DNA of 64,000 nt from Microcoleus sp. GTDB lineage: Bacteria; Cyanobacteriota; Cyanobacteriia; Cyanobacteriales; Microcoleaceae. Under the pieces are notes generated by a model. That model had not been told where the DNA came from and ran no database searches. It was given only the letters and a program-made list of their open reading frames with translations. Location: assembly GCA_052279835.1 (NCBI GenBank), contig CP181291.1, forward strand, positions 1,824,001-1,888,000, in the 5' to 3' direction. This document shows positions 32,743-42,333 of this stretch, piece by piece. Position 1 is the stretch's first letter, and each line of letters starts with the position of its first letter. The position numbers and the translations under genes are program-made.

Positions 32743-34082
32743 CAAAATTTTCTAAAAAACCTGTGATTGTTTGTGTAGATGATGAAGTTACTATTTTAAC
32801 GAGTTTGAAATCGGAACTGAGAAAAGCTTTCGGAGAGGAGTATAGAATCGAAATAGCTGAAGGGGGTGAGGATGCCTTAGAGTTACTTGCAGAATTAATT
32901 GAAGAGGGTGATGAAATTCCCTTGATTATTTCCGATTACATTATGCCGGATATGAAGGGAGACGAACTATTGCGTCGCGTTCACGAAATTTCTCCAAAAA
33001 CTCTGAAAGTAATGCTGACTGGGCAAGCTACTATTGAAGCGGTTGCTAATGCGGTCAAATACGCTAAACTTTATCGTTACATCGGTAAACCTTGGCAGGA
33101 TGAAGATTTAAGACTAACGGTAACAGAAGCAATCCACAGTTATAGTCAAGATAAACAACTGGCACAAAAAAATTATCAACTTATAGAAATGAATCAAGAG
33201 TTAGAAACCCTGACTCGCAGGCAAGCTAAACTAATTGCAGAACTTCAAGAAAAAGAAAGTTATTTACAAGCACTTAATGAATCTTTTTTACGTTTTGTTC
33301 CTCGTCAGTTTCTTCAGTTATTAAAAAAAAATAGCTTTCTTGATATTCAATTAGGCGAACAAATTCAGCAAGAAATTTCGGTGTTATTTTCAGATATTCG
33401 AGATTTTACCAGTTTATCAGAAAGGATGACACCGGATGATAATTTTAAATTTATTAATGGTTATCTGTCGCGGATGGAACCCGCGATTATCGAAAATCAT
33501 GGGTTTATTGATAAATATATTGGTGATGCGATCATGGCTTTATTTAATGGAGATGCGGATCGGGCGGTTACAGGTGGAATTGCTATGCTACAAAGGCTAG
33601 CGGACTATAATACCACGCGCACGAGACCCGAACGTCCGCCGATTAAAATTGGCATTGGCATTAATACGGGGATATTAATACTGGGAACTGTGGGTGGTAC
33701 ATCTCGGATGGATGGAACTGTCATCGGTGATGCGGTGAATTTAGCATCTCGTTTGGAGGGATTAACTAAACAGTACGGTGTGCCTTTGCTGATTAGCGAT
33801 CGCACATTTCGAGCCTTAAAAAATCCTGAAAATTATGACATTCGTTTGATCGATCGCGTTCGAGTCAAGGGGAAATCGGAACAGGTAGGCGTGTATGAAG
33901 TTTTCAATGCCGATCCCCCCGAATTGCGAGAAGGGAAGTTAGCCATGCAAAGCAATTTTGAACTGGCGATCGTTTCTTATCATGCCTCTGATAAAGAGGT
34001 GGCAATTCAACTGTTAGAGCAATGTTTGCAAGCCAATCCTGGGGATACAGTGGCTAGAATGTATTGGCAACGCTGTCAGTAA
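32739..34082 (+). CDS. REC - class III adenylate cyclase
   Basis: REC followed by VLFSDIRDFT, IDKYIGDAIM and GTVIGDAVNLASRLEG. Lys/Thr specificity residues fit an ATP-specific class IIIb cyclase. Confidence 0.9.
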   Translation: MTKFSKKPVIVCVDDEVTILTSLKSELRKAFGEEYRIEIAEGGEDALELLAELIEEGDEIPLIISDYIMPDMKGDELLRRVHEISPKTLKVMLTGQATIEAVANAVKYAKLYRYIGKPWQDEDLRLTVTEAIHSYSQDKQLAQKNYQLIEMNQELETLTRRQAKLIAELQEKESYLQALNESFLRFVPRQFLQLLKKNSFLDIQLGEQIQQEISVLFSDIRDFTSLSERMTPDDNFKFINGYLSRMEPAIIENHGFIDKYIGDAIMALFNGDADRAVTGGIAMLQRLADYNTTRTRPERPPIKIGIGINTGILILGTVGGTSRMDGTVIGDAVNLASRLEGLTKQYGVPLLISDRTFRALKNPENYDIRLIDRVRVKGKSEQVGVYEVFNADPPELREGKLAMQSNFELAIVSYHASDKEVAIQLLEQCLQANPGDTVARMYWQRCQ

Positions 34083-34101
34083 ATTGACGATGATATGTAC
34101 A

Positions 34102-34131
34102 ATACCCGACTTTTTGAAAAAAATCGGGTAT
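34102..34131. terminator. Palindrome between convergent genes, likely bidirectional terminator or small repeat
   Basis: ATACCCGACTTTTTGAAAAAAATCGGGTAT lies between the cyclase stop (34082) and the convergent stop (34161). Confidence 0.55.
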
Positions 34132-34160
34132 CCATTGGCGATTGCCCACTAATCTCGAAC

Positions 34161-35042
34161 CTAACGCCTTCTACGGCTTCCGAAAGCAGGACTCCGACTG
34201 GGTGTACGAGAGTTTCCACCGCTACCAAAACTTGGAGTGCGCCTTTGCTGCGGGGAAGTTGGTTTTGTCGATCGTCTCAAAGTGCTGCCACCATAACCCG
34301 AACCGGTCGATCGATTGGCATTGGGCGGTACTGGGCGACGAGTTGCTGGGGCGTTGGATGTGGGCGATCGCAAGCGGCCAGTAGTCCTTAAAGCTTGACG
34401 GTTTCTGACAGCGGCTGGGGGGGCTTGATAGCGAGTTTGATATTGGTTAACCGCCTCGCGGTAAGTGTTACCGTACCCGCCATATCCTGTGAGAATTACT
34501 CCCGGCTGATAGACTGGTGGCACATAATATCGGGGTGTGAATAACAAACTGCCGATCGCCTGACCGGCCAAGGCCCCAGCAAACGGAGCCCAGAAACCCG
34601 ATTGCTGTCTCACTACCACTGTTTGTGGCTGACCTGTTTGAGGATTACTGACTGTTTCGGTCACGTTATGAACGTACTCTATTTTAAAATCTTCAGTCAA
34701 GTGCAAACTGGCTTTATCTTTTTCTAAATTCAGATAACTTTTTTTACCCTGGGATATTTCCTCATCTGTTAACCTAGCCATTTGCAAATCTCTCGATCTA
34801 TAAACAGAGGAAGTACCAGGGGGAGTATTGAGTAACATCAAACTATATTCCCCCTCACTATCGTCGTAGGTAGCTTGCTGTAAGGGATATTGGCTTGGAC
34901 TTAAATTATTATTGCTAGGGGGGGCAGAACGGACAGTATTAACATTCTGATTTGCCTCCGGCGTGGGAGTGGGAGAACCACAGCCTATAGTCGTGACGCA
35001 CAATGTTAAAGCCATGAAATAAACTATCAATTTTCGCAACAT
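34161..35042 (-). CDS. Hypothetical lipoprotein with Gly/Tyr motif and Arg/Ser/Gly-rich basic tail (DUF1190/YgiB-like architecture)
   Basis: Lipobox TIGC, SGFWAPFAGALAGQAIGSLLF segment and a disordered tail ending SFGS...RRRR. The family call is tentative. Confidence 0.6.
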   Translation of the reverse strand: MLRKLIVYFMALTLCVTTIGCGSPTPTPEANQNVNTVRSAPPSNNNLSPSQYPLQQATYDDSEGEYSLMLLNTPPGTSSVYRSRDLQMARLTDEEISQGKKSYLNLEKDKASLHLTEDFKIEYVHNVTETVSNPQTGQPQTVVVRQQSGFWAPFAGALAGQAIGSLLFTPRYYVPPVYQPGVILTGYGGYGNTYREAVNQYQTRYQAPPAAVRNRQALRTTGRLRSPTSNAPATRRPVPPNANRSTGSGYGGSTLRRSTKPTSPQQRRTPSFGSGGNSRTPSRSPAFGSRRRR

Positions 35043-35054
35043 AAATACTAATTG

Positions 35055-35190
35055 GTTATTTGTTATTTGTTATTTGTTAGTTGTTGTTTGTTATTTGTTA
35101 TTTTAGGCACAGTCTAACTACTAACTAATGACTACTAACTACTAACTAATGACTACTAACTACTAACTAATGACTACTAACTAATGACTT
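35055..35190. repeat. Facing heptamer-type tandem repeats (GTTATTT)n and (CTAACTA/CTAATGA)n, STRR-like
   Basis: Directly visible in the intergenic gap between 35042 and 35193. Confidence 0.85.
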
Positions 35191-35192
35191 CC

Positions 35193-35798
35193 CTAGAGAG
35201 GAATGAGTTCGGAAAAATTCACCAACAATTGGTCGTTAGTAAGTTCGTCTCCCAACTGTGCGGGCGAAAAGTGAATTTGGATAGCTCTGAGCCTTTGCTG
35301 ATAGTGTAAATTTATCAGTGCTTTTAAACCCTGTTTTAGGGCGCTGATGTCTGCTAGGTCTGTTTCCAGTTGGGGAACTTCGCCTTCATAGGCTACTGTC
35401 AGCATCACCACGACATTTCTAGTCACGGGCAAAGATAAGGGAGAATTGCGATCGTCCACAGAGTTGCTGTATTGAGGTTCGCTCAGATAGCGTTCTGCTG
35501 AATCTGTAAACAGTTCATCTACATAATCGCCTGCTTCCCCTTCATCCCAAAAAACATCACCTTCGTTGGCCGCTGATTGCCAGTAGTTATCGTACTGCAA
35601 TAGGTGATTGCAAACTTGTACCAAGCCTTCTCCGAGGACTGTTAAATCCCCATCGGCGTCTATGGCATCTCTGGCAGTGCTGTTGAGAACTCCCAACAAT
35701 GGTGCAACTTCTTCACCACTGAGGTGAATGAATACGCGACAAACTGCAAATCGCGTTTTACCTGTGAATTGATTGAATCGATCGCCCCAAGCATTCAT
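35193..35798 (-). CDS. DUF1517-family protein (soluble domain)
   Basis: C-terminal pattern VVVMLTVA...L..L...LRAIQIHFSPAQLGDELTNDQLLVNFSELIPL resembles the DUF1517 C-terminus. Confidence 0.7.
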   Translation of the reverse strand: MNAWGDRFNQFTGKTRFAVCRVFIHLSGEEVAPLLGVLNSTARDAIDADGDLTVLGEGLVQVCNHLLQYDNYWQSAANEGDVFWDEGEAGDYVDELFTDSAERYLSEPQYSNSVDDRNSPLSLPVTRNVVVMLTVAYEGEVPQLETDLADISALKQGLKALINLHYQQRLRAIQIHFSPAQLGDELTNDQLLVNFSELIPL

Positions 35799-35945
35799 AA
35801 CATATGATTTTAATCTATAGTTATATATTTTACAATTTAAAATGAAAAATTTTTGTCTATCTTGTGAGGGATTTTTAGTAGTACGTAAGTAGCTGAAGTA
35901 AATCGGAACTCCGATTTACTCCAAATTGGTGCTACGGGAAGATTA

Positions 35946-36458
35946 CTATGGGACGATCGCACTTGGGGCAGATGCGATCGGGCGAGACGATCCCAAATCC
36001 AGTTCCCCACCTGGTGCTTCCGGGTGTTCCCGAACCACTACCAGGGGTGATGCACTTTCAGTTGCAGCCATCGGGGACTCGCATTCAGCATCCGTGGGAA
36101 CTTCCAGGTATGCTTCCATCGATTCATCGGCGATCGACTCTTGAAAAACTTCAAAATTATCACTCATGGCAGCGCAAGCAGCCTGAGCCCGCTTGCCTAC
36201 GCGGTAACTCATGTAAGCAGCACCACCGCCCAAAACCCCAGCTAAGCCGAGAAAACCCAAAGCTAATGTTTTGTAAGATTTACAGGGATTCATTTGAGCC
36301 TCGCCACCGGAACCAACTAGGGTTGTTCCAGAACCCGATTGAGTAGCATTGGATTTGCTGTAGGGACAAGGAAAAGCCAATGCTGCGTCGCCTAGTGCAA
36401 TACTGCTCGCGATCGCAACGGTGGAAGCAATGCCAGCTAACACTTGAAACTTTTTCAT
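35946..36458 (-). CDS. Hypothetical membrane protein (signal peptide, short Cys-containing loop, one TM, acidic tail)
   Basis: MKKF + hydrophobic segment + ALA cleavage site; TM TLALGFLGLAGVLGGGAAYM. Confidence 0.65.
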   Translation of the reverse strand: MKKFQVLAGIASTVAIASSIALGDAALAFPCPYSKSNATQSGSGTTLVGSGGEAQMNPCKSYKTLALGFLGLAGVLGGGAAYMSYRVGKRAQAACAAMSDNFEVFQESIADESMEAYLEVPTDAECESPMAATESASPLVVVREHPEAPGGELDLGSSRPIASAPSAIVP

Positions 36459-36860
36459 GGTGCTCTGGATTTTGTAAAGGATAATTAAAAAAATAATGGT
36501 AACAGCTCTTTACAAATCTATCAACTCTCAGAGCAGCCACAATCGCGCCTCGATCGCAAATATCCACAATCAACAGCGATCGCAATTGGCAATTGCGTGT
36601 CGAAAGAAACAAGCAAAAACCTTGTAGGACAAGCATTTGAGCCAACACAGAGGGGTGGGTTTGCGGAGGTGTCGCCCAGAGTGCGATCGCGCCCCAATTC
36701 AAAAATCTGATATCAAAGAGTAGAAAATTTAATTACACAGTGACAAATACTTGGTGACAAACTACTTTTAAGGTTATTTTTGAAAAGACTTAGTTATTGC
36801 AAGCAATGTCAGTAACTCAGGTCTAAAGACGCTGAGTTTCCCACTTACCGGACTTTTTTT

Positions 36861-37967
36861 ATGACAGACAGCAAGGATCAAGGCCAAGCACGATCGCCTC
36901 GCCGATTGTTGGTAACAGGTGGGGCTGGATTTATCGGCTCCAATTTTGTACATCACTGGTGCAGTAGTTATCCAGGCGATCGAGTAGTGGTACTCGATGC
37001 TCTCACCTATGCAGGAAACCGAAAAACCCTAGCCAGTTTGGAAGGGGGAGAAAATTTTCGGTTTGTACAAGGGGATATTTGCGATCGGGCCCTGATCGAT
37101 ACCTTACTTCAAACCGAAAACATCAACACAGTCGCCCATTTTGCAGCAGAATCCCACGTCGATCGATCGATTATCGGACCCGCAGCCTTTGTCCAAACAA
37201 ACGTTGTCGGAACCTTCACCCTTCTCGAAGCCTTCCGCAAGCATTTTGAAGCAATAGACGACTTGTCCCTCAAAGCACAAATGCGCTTTCTCCATGTTTC
37301 CACGGACGAAGTTTATGGCAGTCTTGGCCCCGACGACCCAGCATTTACTGAAACAACCGCCTACGAGCCAAATAGTCCCTACTCAGCCTCAAAAGCCGGT
37401 AGCGACCACCTCGCCCGCGCCTATTTCCATACCTACGGCGTCCCCACAATTATCACCAATTGCTCTAACAATTACGGTCCCTATCACTTCCCCGAAAAGC
37501 TAATTCCATTAATGTGCATCAATATGCTTTTGGGCAAACCATTGCCAGTTTATGGCGACGGTCAAAACGTCCGAGATTGGCTATATGTACTCGACCACTG
37601 CCGAGCTTTAGATGCCGTAATCCACAACGGTAAGCCGGGAGAAACTTATAATGTAGGCGGCAACAACGAAGTAAAAAATCTCGATTTAGTCAAGATGCTA
37701 TGCCAACTAATGGACGAGTTGGCAGAAGATTTACCCGCCCGTCCCTGCGAACAATTAATCACCTTTGTCAAAGACAGAGCCGGACACGATCGACGTTATG
37801 CTATTGATGCAACCAAAATTAAAAATGACCTAAATTGGACTCCTTCAGTCACAGTAGAGGAAGGTTTGCGGCGTACTGTGGAATGGTATTTAGCCAATCG
37901 TGATTGGTGGGAGCCACTGCTGTCGGAAGAATATCAGAGTTACTACCGCAAAGTCTACACTAATTAG
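36861..37967 (+). CDS. rfbB: dTDP-glucose 4,6-dehydratase
   Basis: GGAGFIG, HFAAESHVDRSI, HVSTDEVYG, YSASK and GHDRRYA. Confidence 0.96.
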   Translation: MTDSKDQGQARSPRRLLVTGGAGFIGSNFVHHWCSSYPGDRVVVLDALTYAGNRKTLASLEGGENFRFVQGDICDRALIDTLLQTENINTVAHFAAESHVDRSIIGPAAFVQTNVVGTFTLLEAFRKHFEAIDDLSLKAQMRFLHVSTDEVYGSLGPDDPAFTETTAYEPNSPYSASKAGSDHLARAYFHTYGVPTIITNCSNNYGPYHFPEKLIPLMCINMLLGKPLPVYGDGQNVRDWLYVLDHCRALDAVIHNGKPGETYNVGGNNEVKNLDLVKMLCQLMDELAEDLPARPCEQLITFVKDRAGHDRRYAIDATKIKNDLNWTPSVTVEEGLRRTVEWYLANRDWWEPLLSEEYQSYYRKVYTN

Positions 37968-38083
37968 TCAGTAGTCAGTAGTCAGTAGTCAGTAGTCAGT
38001 AGTCAGTAGTCAGTAGTCAGTAGTCAGTAGTCAGTAGTCAGTAGTCAGTAGTCAGTAGTCAGTAGTCAGTAGTCAGTAGTCAG
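37965..38083. repeat. (TAGTCAG)17 perfect heptamer tandem repeat followed by degenerate (TTATTGG/TTATTAG)n
   Basis: 119 bp equals 17 units. The first TAG is the rfbB stop codon. Confidence 0.95.
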
Positions 38084-38180
38084 TAGTTATTGGTTATTAG
38101 TTATTGGTTATTAGTTATTAGTTGGCTGTTATTTGTTATTGTTATTAATTAGTGGTTGGTAATCATTAGTTAGTAGCTCC

Positions 38181-38335
38181 AATAACCAATAACCCTTCGA
38201 CTACGCGGTTCCTGAGCGGAGTCGAAGGGCAGGGCATCGCAAATAACTAATAACCCATAACCAATAACCCTTCGACTACGCGGTTCCTGAGCGGAGTCGA
38301 AGGGCAGGGCACCGCAAATAACCAATAACCAATAA
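38181..38335. repeat. 75-bp tandem duplication containing a 37-bp palindromic element
   Basis: CCCTTCGACTACGCGGTTCCTGAGCGGAGTCGAAGGG at 38193-38229 and 38268-38304, embedded in AATAACC heptamers. Confidence 0.9.
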
Positions 38336-38366
38336 TGAAAGCTTCCACTACAAAGAGAAAGCAACA

Positions 38367-39215
38367 ATGACCGAAATCAAATGGATCGATCGCCTCCTGG
38401 AACCTAAATACTGGCTGTTAGGCATAGCCTCCGGTTTGATTGTCATACACCTGACTCTCACTGCTAGAACAGACAGTACAGACCTATTCGGCACAATGTT
38501 ACTCTTCTGGGGAGTCGTAGCATTTCTCATCTGGGAAAGACACGAAACCTTAACTTTAGAAAGCGGAATTTTTAGCAGTTGCTTTGCAGCATCATTAATT
38601 GCTTTCATATTGCTCAAAAGTTCGTCCATATATGGCTACGACTTTTTTATCAGGATCACACCTTTCTTATCGGGCATCAGTCTGGCTTTGCTAGCTTCTG
38701 GAACCAAAGGACTGAAACAATATTGGCAAGAACTTCTGATTCTCGCCTATACAGGTATTCCTCCCGGTCTCATCGGAGTATTTATTAATGTTGCCCTATT
38801 AACCGCTAAATTTTCCGCTTTCCTCCTCCACTATTTAGGATTTGAAGTTGTTCGTCAAGGAGTATTTCTTATTCTAGAAAAAGGCAGCGTGGAGGTGTAT
38901 CATGGCTGTTCGGGAGTGAATGCAATCCTACAATTATTAGGACTAGCAATCGTGTTTTTACTAATGTTTCCTACAACCAACACACAAAAAATTGTAGTCC
39001 CCATCATTGCAGTCCTTATTGGATTTGTAGTCAATGCAGCCAGAGTTGCTCTCATGGCTGTACTGGTATCACTATCTCAACCGGAAGCCTTTAAATACTG
39101 GCATGAAGGAAATGGGTCAGTAATTTTTTCAATGATTGCAGTCTTCCTTTTCGGGTTATTCTGTTGGTTGGCAATCTTGCAAGACACGCCCCATCAAAAA
39201 ACAACTAATCACTAA
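38367..39215 (+). CDS. crtA: Cyanoexosortase A
   Basis: Polytopic membrane protein with the exosortase Cys-Arg-His triad: VEVYHGCSG, NAARV, YWH. Confidence 0.88.
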   Translation: MTEIKWIDRLLEPKYWLLGIASGLIVIHLTLTARTDSTDLFGTMLLFWGVVAFLIWERHETLTLESGIFSSCFAASLIAFILLKSSSIYGYDFFIRITPFLSGISLALLASGTKGLKQYWQELLILAYTGIPPGLIGVFINVALLTAKFSAFLLHYLGFEVVRQGVFLILEKGSVEVYHGCSGVNAILQLLGLAIVFLLMFPTTNTQKIVVPIIAVLIGFVVNAARVALMAVLVSLSQPEAFKYWHEGNGSVIFSMIAVFLFGLFCWLAILQDTPHQKTTNH

Positions 39216-39883
39216 TGGCTATTACCTATTGGAAAACCGCGAGAATTTCAATTTTAGCGGTTACTTTTACAGGGGTTTTATTAGTTATAGGAAGATTGAC
39301 ACTATCTCCATCGACCGGTAATTTTTCCCTGACCCCCTTTGATTTTCCAGAGTCCGTACCTCTAACTGATTGGCAAATGCAGGAGAGTACACCTCTGAAA
39401 ATTAGCGATACTTCTCAAATCAAAGTTGGGCGAAAGTATGAATATCAAAAAAATACCACTACTCTAGAAATAGAGATGCGTTATGTGGTTGGAACCAGCG
39501 GAGATGTTGAAAATATGATGAAGGGACATACTATTCTCAAGTCGTCTCCTGGTAAACTAGCATTGGCAGAAACTCAAGGTGTGGGTTTTTACGGAATTTT
39601 GCCACAGCAAAATCGACTATACCTGAGTTCCTGCATAAATCCCCGCGGCCATGCTACAGTGACAGCCGAACAGTTTAGATACAACCGAAATACTCGTGAC
39701 TGGAATTTCAACCGCATTTTGTTTTGGCTATTGGGTAAGGGAAATATTCAAGATCAGCGCTGTTTGTGGACCCAAATGTCTATACCTTTGGACCAAACAA
39801 ATCGTGAAGATGCCAAGAAAATTCTAGAGAATGCTTGGGTTTCTTGGTATGGGTGGTGGCAGCCCAGATTTCCCGAACCTTAA
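39215..39883 (+). CDS. Cyanoexosortase A system-associated protein
   Basis: 1-bp overlap with the exosortase. N-terminal TM, FPESVPL..W, YLSSCINPRG, D.RCLW and LE.AW..WY.WWQ..FP. Confidence 0.82.
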   Translation: MAITYWKTARISILAVTFTGVLLVIGRLTLSPSTGNFSLTPFDFPESVPLTDWQMQESTPLKISDTSQIKVGRKYEYQKNTTTLEIEMRYVVGTSGDVENMMKGHTILKSSPGKLALAETQGVGFYGILPQQNRLYLSSCINPRGHATVTAEQFRYNRNTRDWNFNRILFWLLGKGNIQDQRCLWTQMSIPLDQTNREDAKKILENAWVSWYGWWQPRFPEP

Positions 39884-39927
39884 GTCAAGTCAAGAGAGAT
39901 TGTTCTTAACAACAGGCGTATTATTTT

Positions 39928-40605
39928 ATGAATGACATACAAGGCGAGCAAGGTTTTTCTATATACAGGCTGCGTTGGATTGGCTACGGTCTATTAATTT
40001 TGTCATTATTAGATACGATAGCTGTTCTGATACCAGCCAATTTTGGCAATCGTGTGTGGGAATTGCAGACGATTGGGGCTGTGGTAGAACGAGTACCAGT
40101 TCCTCTGTTGGCCATGACGCTCATATTTTTTGGAGAAGGTTACGAGCGCAGAAGCTTGGAAGACATCTTTTTGAAGTTTTTGTCTTGGATTTGTCTGTTA
40201 CTGGCCCTGGTATTTCTGTTAATGCTACCCTTGGGGATTTTTGGCACTATTTATGTCAACAATCAAAACAATAAACAGATTACCAATCAAGCAAACCAAC
40301 AATTAGCTCAGTTGCAGCAAGTGGAAGAAAGGCTGAATAAGGGTAGTCCCGAAGACTTAAAGAATTTGGGCACTGAACTAAATCGCCTGGGAGTAGCAGC
40401 GGATACGCAAAACCCGCAGGAATTGAAAACTCAAATTCTTTCGAGAATTACTCCGGCGAAGGAACGTTTGCAGGCCCAAAGCGCAGTGGTGCAGTCAAAT
40501 CAGCGCTTGGGGCTATTCAAAAATGCGATTAAGTGGCTGTTGGGGGCGCTGATTTCTAGCGTTTTGTTTTTTATGCTGTGGCGCGGTACTGATTGGGCTC
40601 GATAG
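39928..40605 (+). CDS. HpsJ-like membrane protein (cyanoexosortase A-associated)
   Basis: LRWIGYGLL, WELQTIGAVVERVPVPLL, TM helices flanking a Gln-rich coiled coil, and its position in the exosortase locus. Confidence 0.75.
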   Translation: MNDIQGEQGFSIYRLRWIGYGLLILSLLDTIAVLIPANFGNRVWELQTIGAVVERVPVPLLAMTLIFFGEGYERRSLEDIFLKFLSWICLLLALVFLLMLPLGIFGTIYVNNQNNKQITNQANQQLAQLQQVEERLNKGSPEDLKNLGTELNRLGVAADTQNPQELKTQILSRITPAKERLQAQSAVVQSNQRLGLFKNAIKWLLGALISSVLFFMLWRGTDWAR

Positions 40606-40696
40606 TAGTGTTGAGTGAATTGATATCCTGATGTCAAATCCGGGTATGATATTAAATCCTCTCTTCATCCGAACTATTCAGAGTTCTATTCTCGGA

Positions 40697-40734
40697 CTCT
40701 GTGTCCTCTGTGTTCTCTGTGGTTAAATCATTCC
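40697..40734. repeat. Dispersed CTCTGTG-nonamer repeat, copy 1
   Basis: CTCTGTGTCCTCTGTGTTCTCTGTGGTTAAATCATTCC, near-identical to 60494-60531. A related inverted copy is at 63533-63563. Confidence 0.85.
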
Positions 40735-40780
40735 GCTTCAACGGTCAACGATAGGATACCCCGTGAATGCCTTGGTAAAA

Positions 40781-40843
40781 GTAAGGTGCATCGCGATCGA
40801 CTATTCTGGCTATAGGCCAGGATTCTGTAGCGACGCGCCTTAC
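40781..40843. repeat. REP-like inverted pair GTAAGGTGCATCGC...GCGACGCGCCTTAC
   Basis: 14-bp arms with 2 mismatches. The right arm supplies the ccb4 stop. A related half (TGACGCACCTTAC) is at 52561-52573. Confidence 0.6.
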
Positions 40844-41496
40844 TTGTTTGCTATTAAATGTTGATTCAGGGTATTTTCTAATTTCTCGGCAATGCCTTCC
40901 ACCCAATTTTCATCTTGTTTTGTATAGCTGCGAGGCGCGTTAGCACCTAAAATTAAAACGCCTTGATTGCCGATGGGCTGACAAATCACTCCTTGGGTAT
41001 TTTCAGGTAAATAGTCAAATTCGATTTTGCCGGGATAAATATTCAAATTTACTAAATAAACTGGTTTGTTTTTCTCGAATACTCGCTGCAAGATAGGGCC
41101 TGGTTGAACTTCGGGATTGACTCCTAAAATGCCACGTCGCAATACAACTTTTCCTTGATATAAAATCACGATCGCCCTTGTGGCCGTATTTGTCAATAGC
41201 AAACGGGAGGCCCAAGCCAATTCTATTTTCACCACATCCGGCAAATCCGGCGCAAATTCAAAACCTTCTTCGCCAATGAGTTGGACTGAATCGGGCGATC
41301 GCGCCTGCACCTGCTGCCATAGCAAACCTGTTAAAATCAGTACAGCACTGATAATCACCCCCAGAGCATCGGAGCGAGCTTGAGAATCAGTGAGTTGCTC
41401 AGTCAGCAAGCGATTGACCATCAGCAGAGTACCGGCTAATCCTCCAGCCACTAAGGGTAACTGCCGCAAAACTCGATTTGGATCGGATTTAGTCAT
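40840..41496 (-). CDS. ccb4: Cofactor assembly of complex C subunit B (CCB2/CCB4 family; cytochrome b6 heme ci attachment)
   Basis: Two N-terminal TMs, ELAWAS.LLLTNT, and a GAF-like C-terminus YPGKIEFDYLPENTQGVICQP. Sits downstream of rpaB. Confidence 0.8.
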   Translation of the reverse strand: MTKSDPNRVLRQLPLVAGGLAGTLLMVNRLLTEQLTDSQARSDALGVIISAVLILTGLLWQQVQARSPDSVQLIGEEGFEFAPDLPDVVKIELAWASRLLLTNTATRAIVILYQGKVVLRRGILGVNPEVQPGPILQRVFEKNKPVYLVNLNIYPGKIEFDYLPENTQGVICQPIGNQGVLILGANAPRSYTKQDENWVEGIAEKLENTLNQHLIANK

Positions 41497-41601
41497 TTAT
41501 CACAGAAGGAACAACGAAAAAGGTCAATACAAACTTTTGACGGTTGGCTGTTGGCGGTCAACAATTGCCACTGACAACCATCAACCGTCAACCCACTGAC
41601 T

Positions 41602-42333
41602 TTAGCCAACTTCCCCAGGTTCGACAATGCGCTGGAACAGATAGCCGGTGCCACGGGCGGTGAGAATTAATTCAGGATTGCTGGGGTCATCCTCTAACTT
41701 GGCTCTCAAGCGCGAGATGTGAACGTCCACTACACGGGTGTCTACGTGGCGCTCAGGCGTATATCCCCAAACTTCCTGCAAAATTTCCGATCGCGAAAAA
41801 GGCTCTCCAGAACGGCTAACCAACAGCTCTAACAAGCTGAATTCCATGCCCGTAAGCCGAATCCGTTCGTCACCTTTATAAACTTGGCGTTTGTTGGTGT
41901 CAATCCGAATATTCGTTACCTGGATGACTCCCGAACTCGGAATTCCCGAAGCGCCGTTTTTGTCAACTCTGCGCAGTACCGAACGGATGCGAGCTTCTAG
42001 TTCCTTGGGAGAAAAAGGTTTGACGACGTAATCGTCGGCGCCTAATTCTAAACCAGTGATGCGATCGGCTACATCTCCCAAAGCAGTTAGCATGATAATA
42101 GGCACATCAGATTCCTTCCGCAACTCCTGACAAACCCCATAGCCATCCAGCTTTGGCATCATCACGTCCAAAACCACTAAATCTGGTTCGGTGTTGCGAA
42201 ATATATCGAGAGCTTCTTCACCGTCGGCTGCGGTGACAACATCATAGCCAATCATGGAAAGGCGAGTTTCCAGAATCCGCCGGATGCTGGCTTCGTCATC
42301 GACCACCAGAATTTTTTCTTTATGGTTTTCCAA
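41602..42333 (-). CDS. rpaB: OmpR-family response regulator RpaB (Ycf27)
   Basis: KEKILVVDDEASIRRILETRLSMIGY and WGYTPERHVDTRVVDVHISRLRAKLEDDPSNPELILTARGTGY. TTG start at 42333 with AAGGAG upstream; the alternative is GTG at 42345. Confidence 0.96.
   Translation of the reverse strand: MENHKEKILVVDDEASIRRILETRLSMIGYDVVTAADGEEALDIFRNTEPDLVVLDVMMPKLDGYGVCQELRKESDVPIIMLTALGDVADRITGLELGADDYVVKPFSPKELEARIRSVLRRVDKNGASGIPSSGVIQVTNIRIDTNKRQVYKGDERIRLTGMEFSLLELLVSRSGEPFSRSEILQEVWGYTPERHVDTRVVDVHISRLRAKLEDDPSNPELILTARGTGYLFQRIVEPGEVG

Noticed and set aside
35946..36458. PEP-CTERM substrate of the nearby exosortase
   Set aside because: There is no PEP motif before the TM helix, and a long acidic tail follows it.
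38193..38304. Possible two-repeat CRISPR (37-bp repeat, 38-bp gap)
   Set aside because: The apparent spacer is itself duplicated after the second copy and is made of heptamers, so this is a 75-bp tandem duplication.
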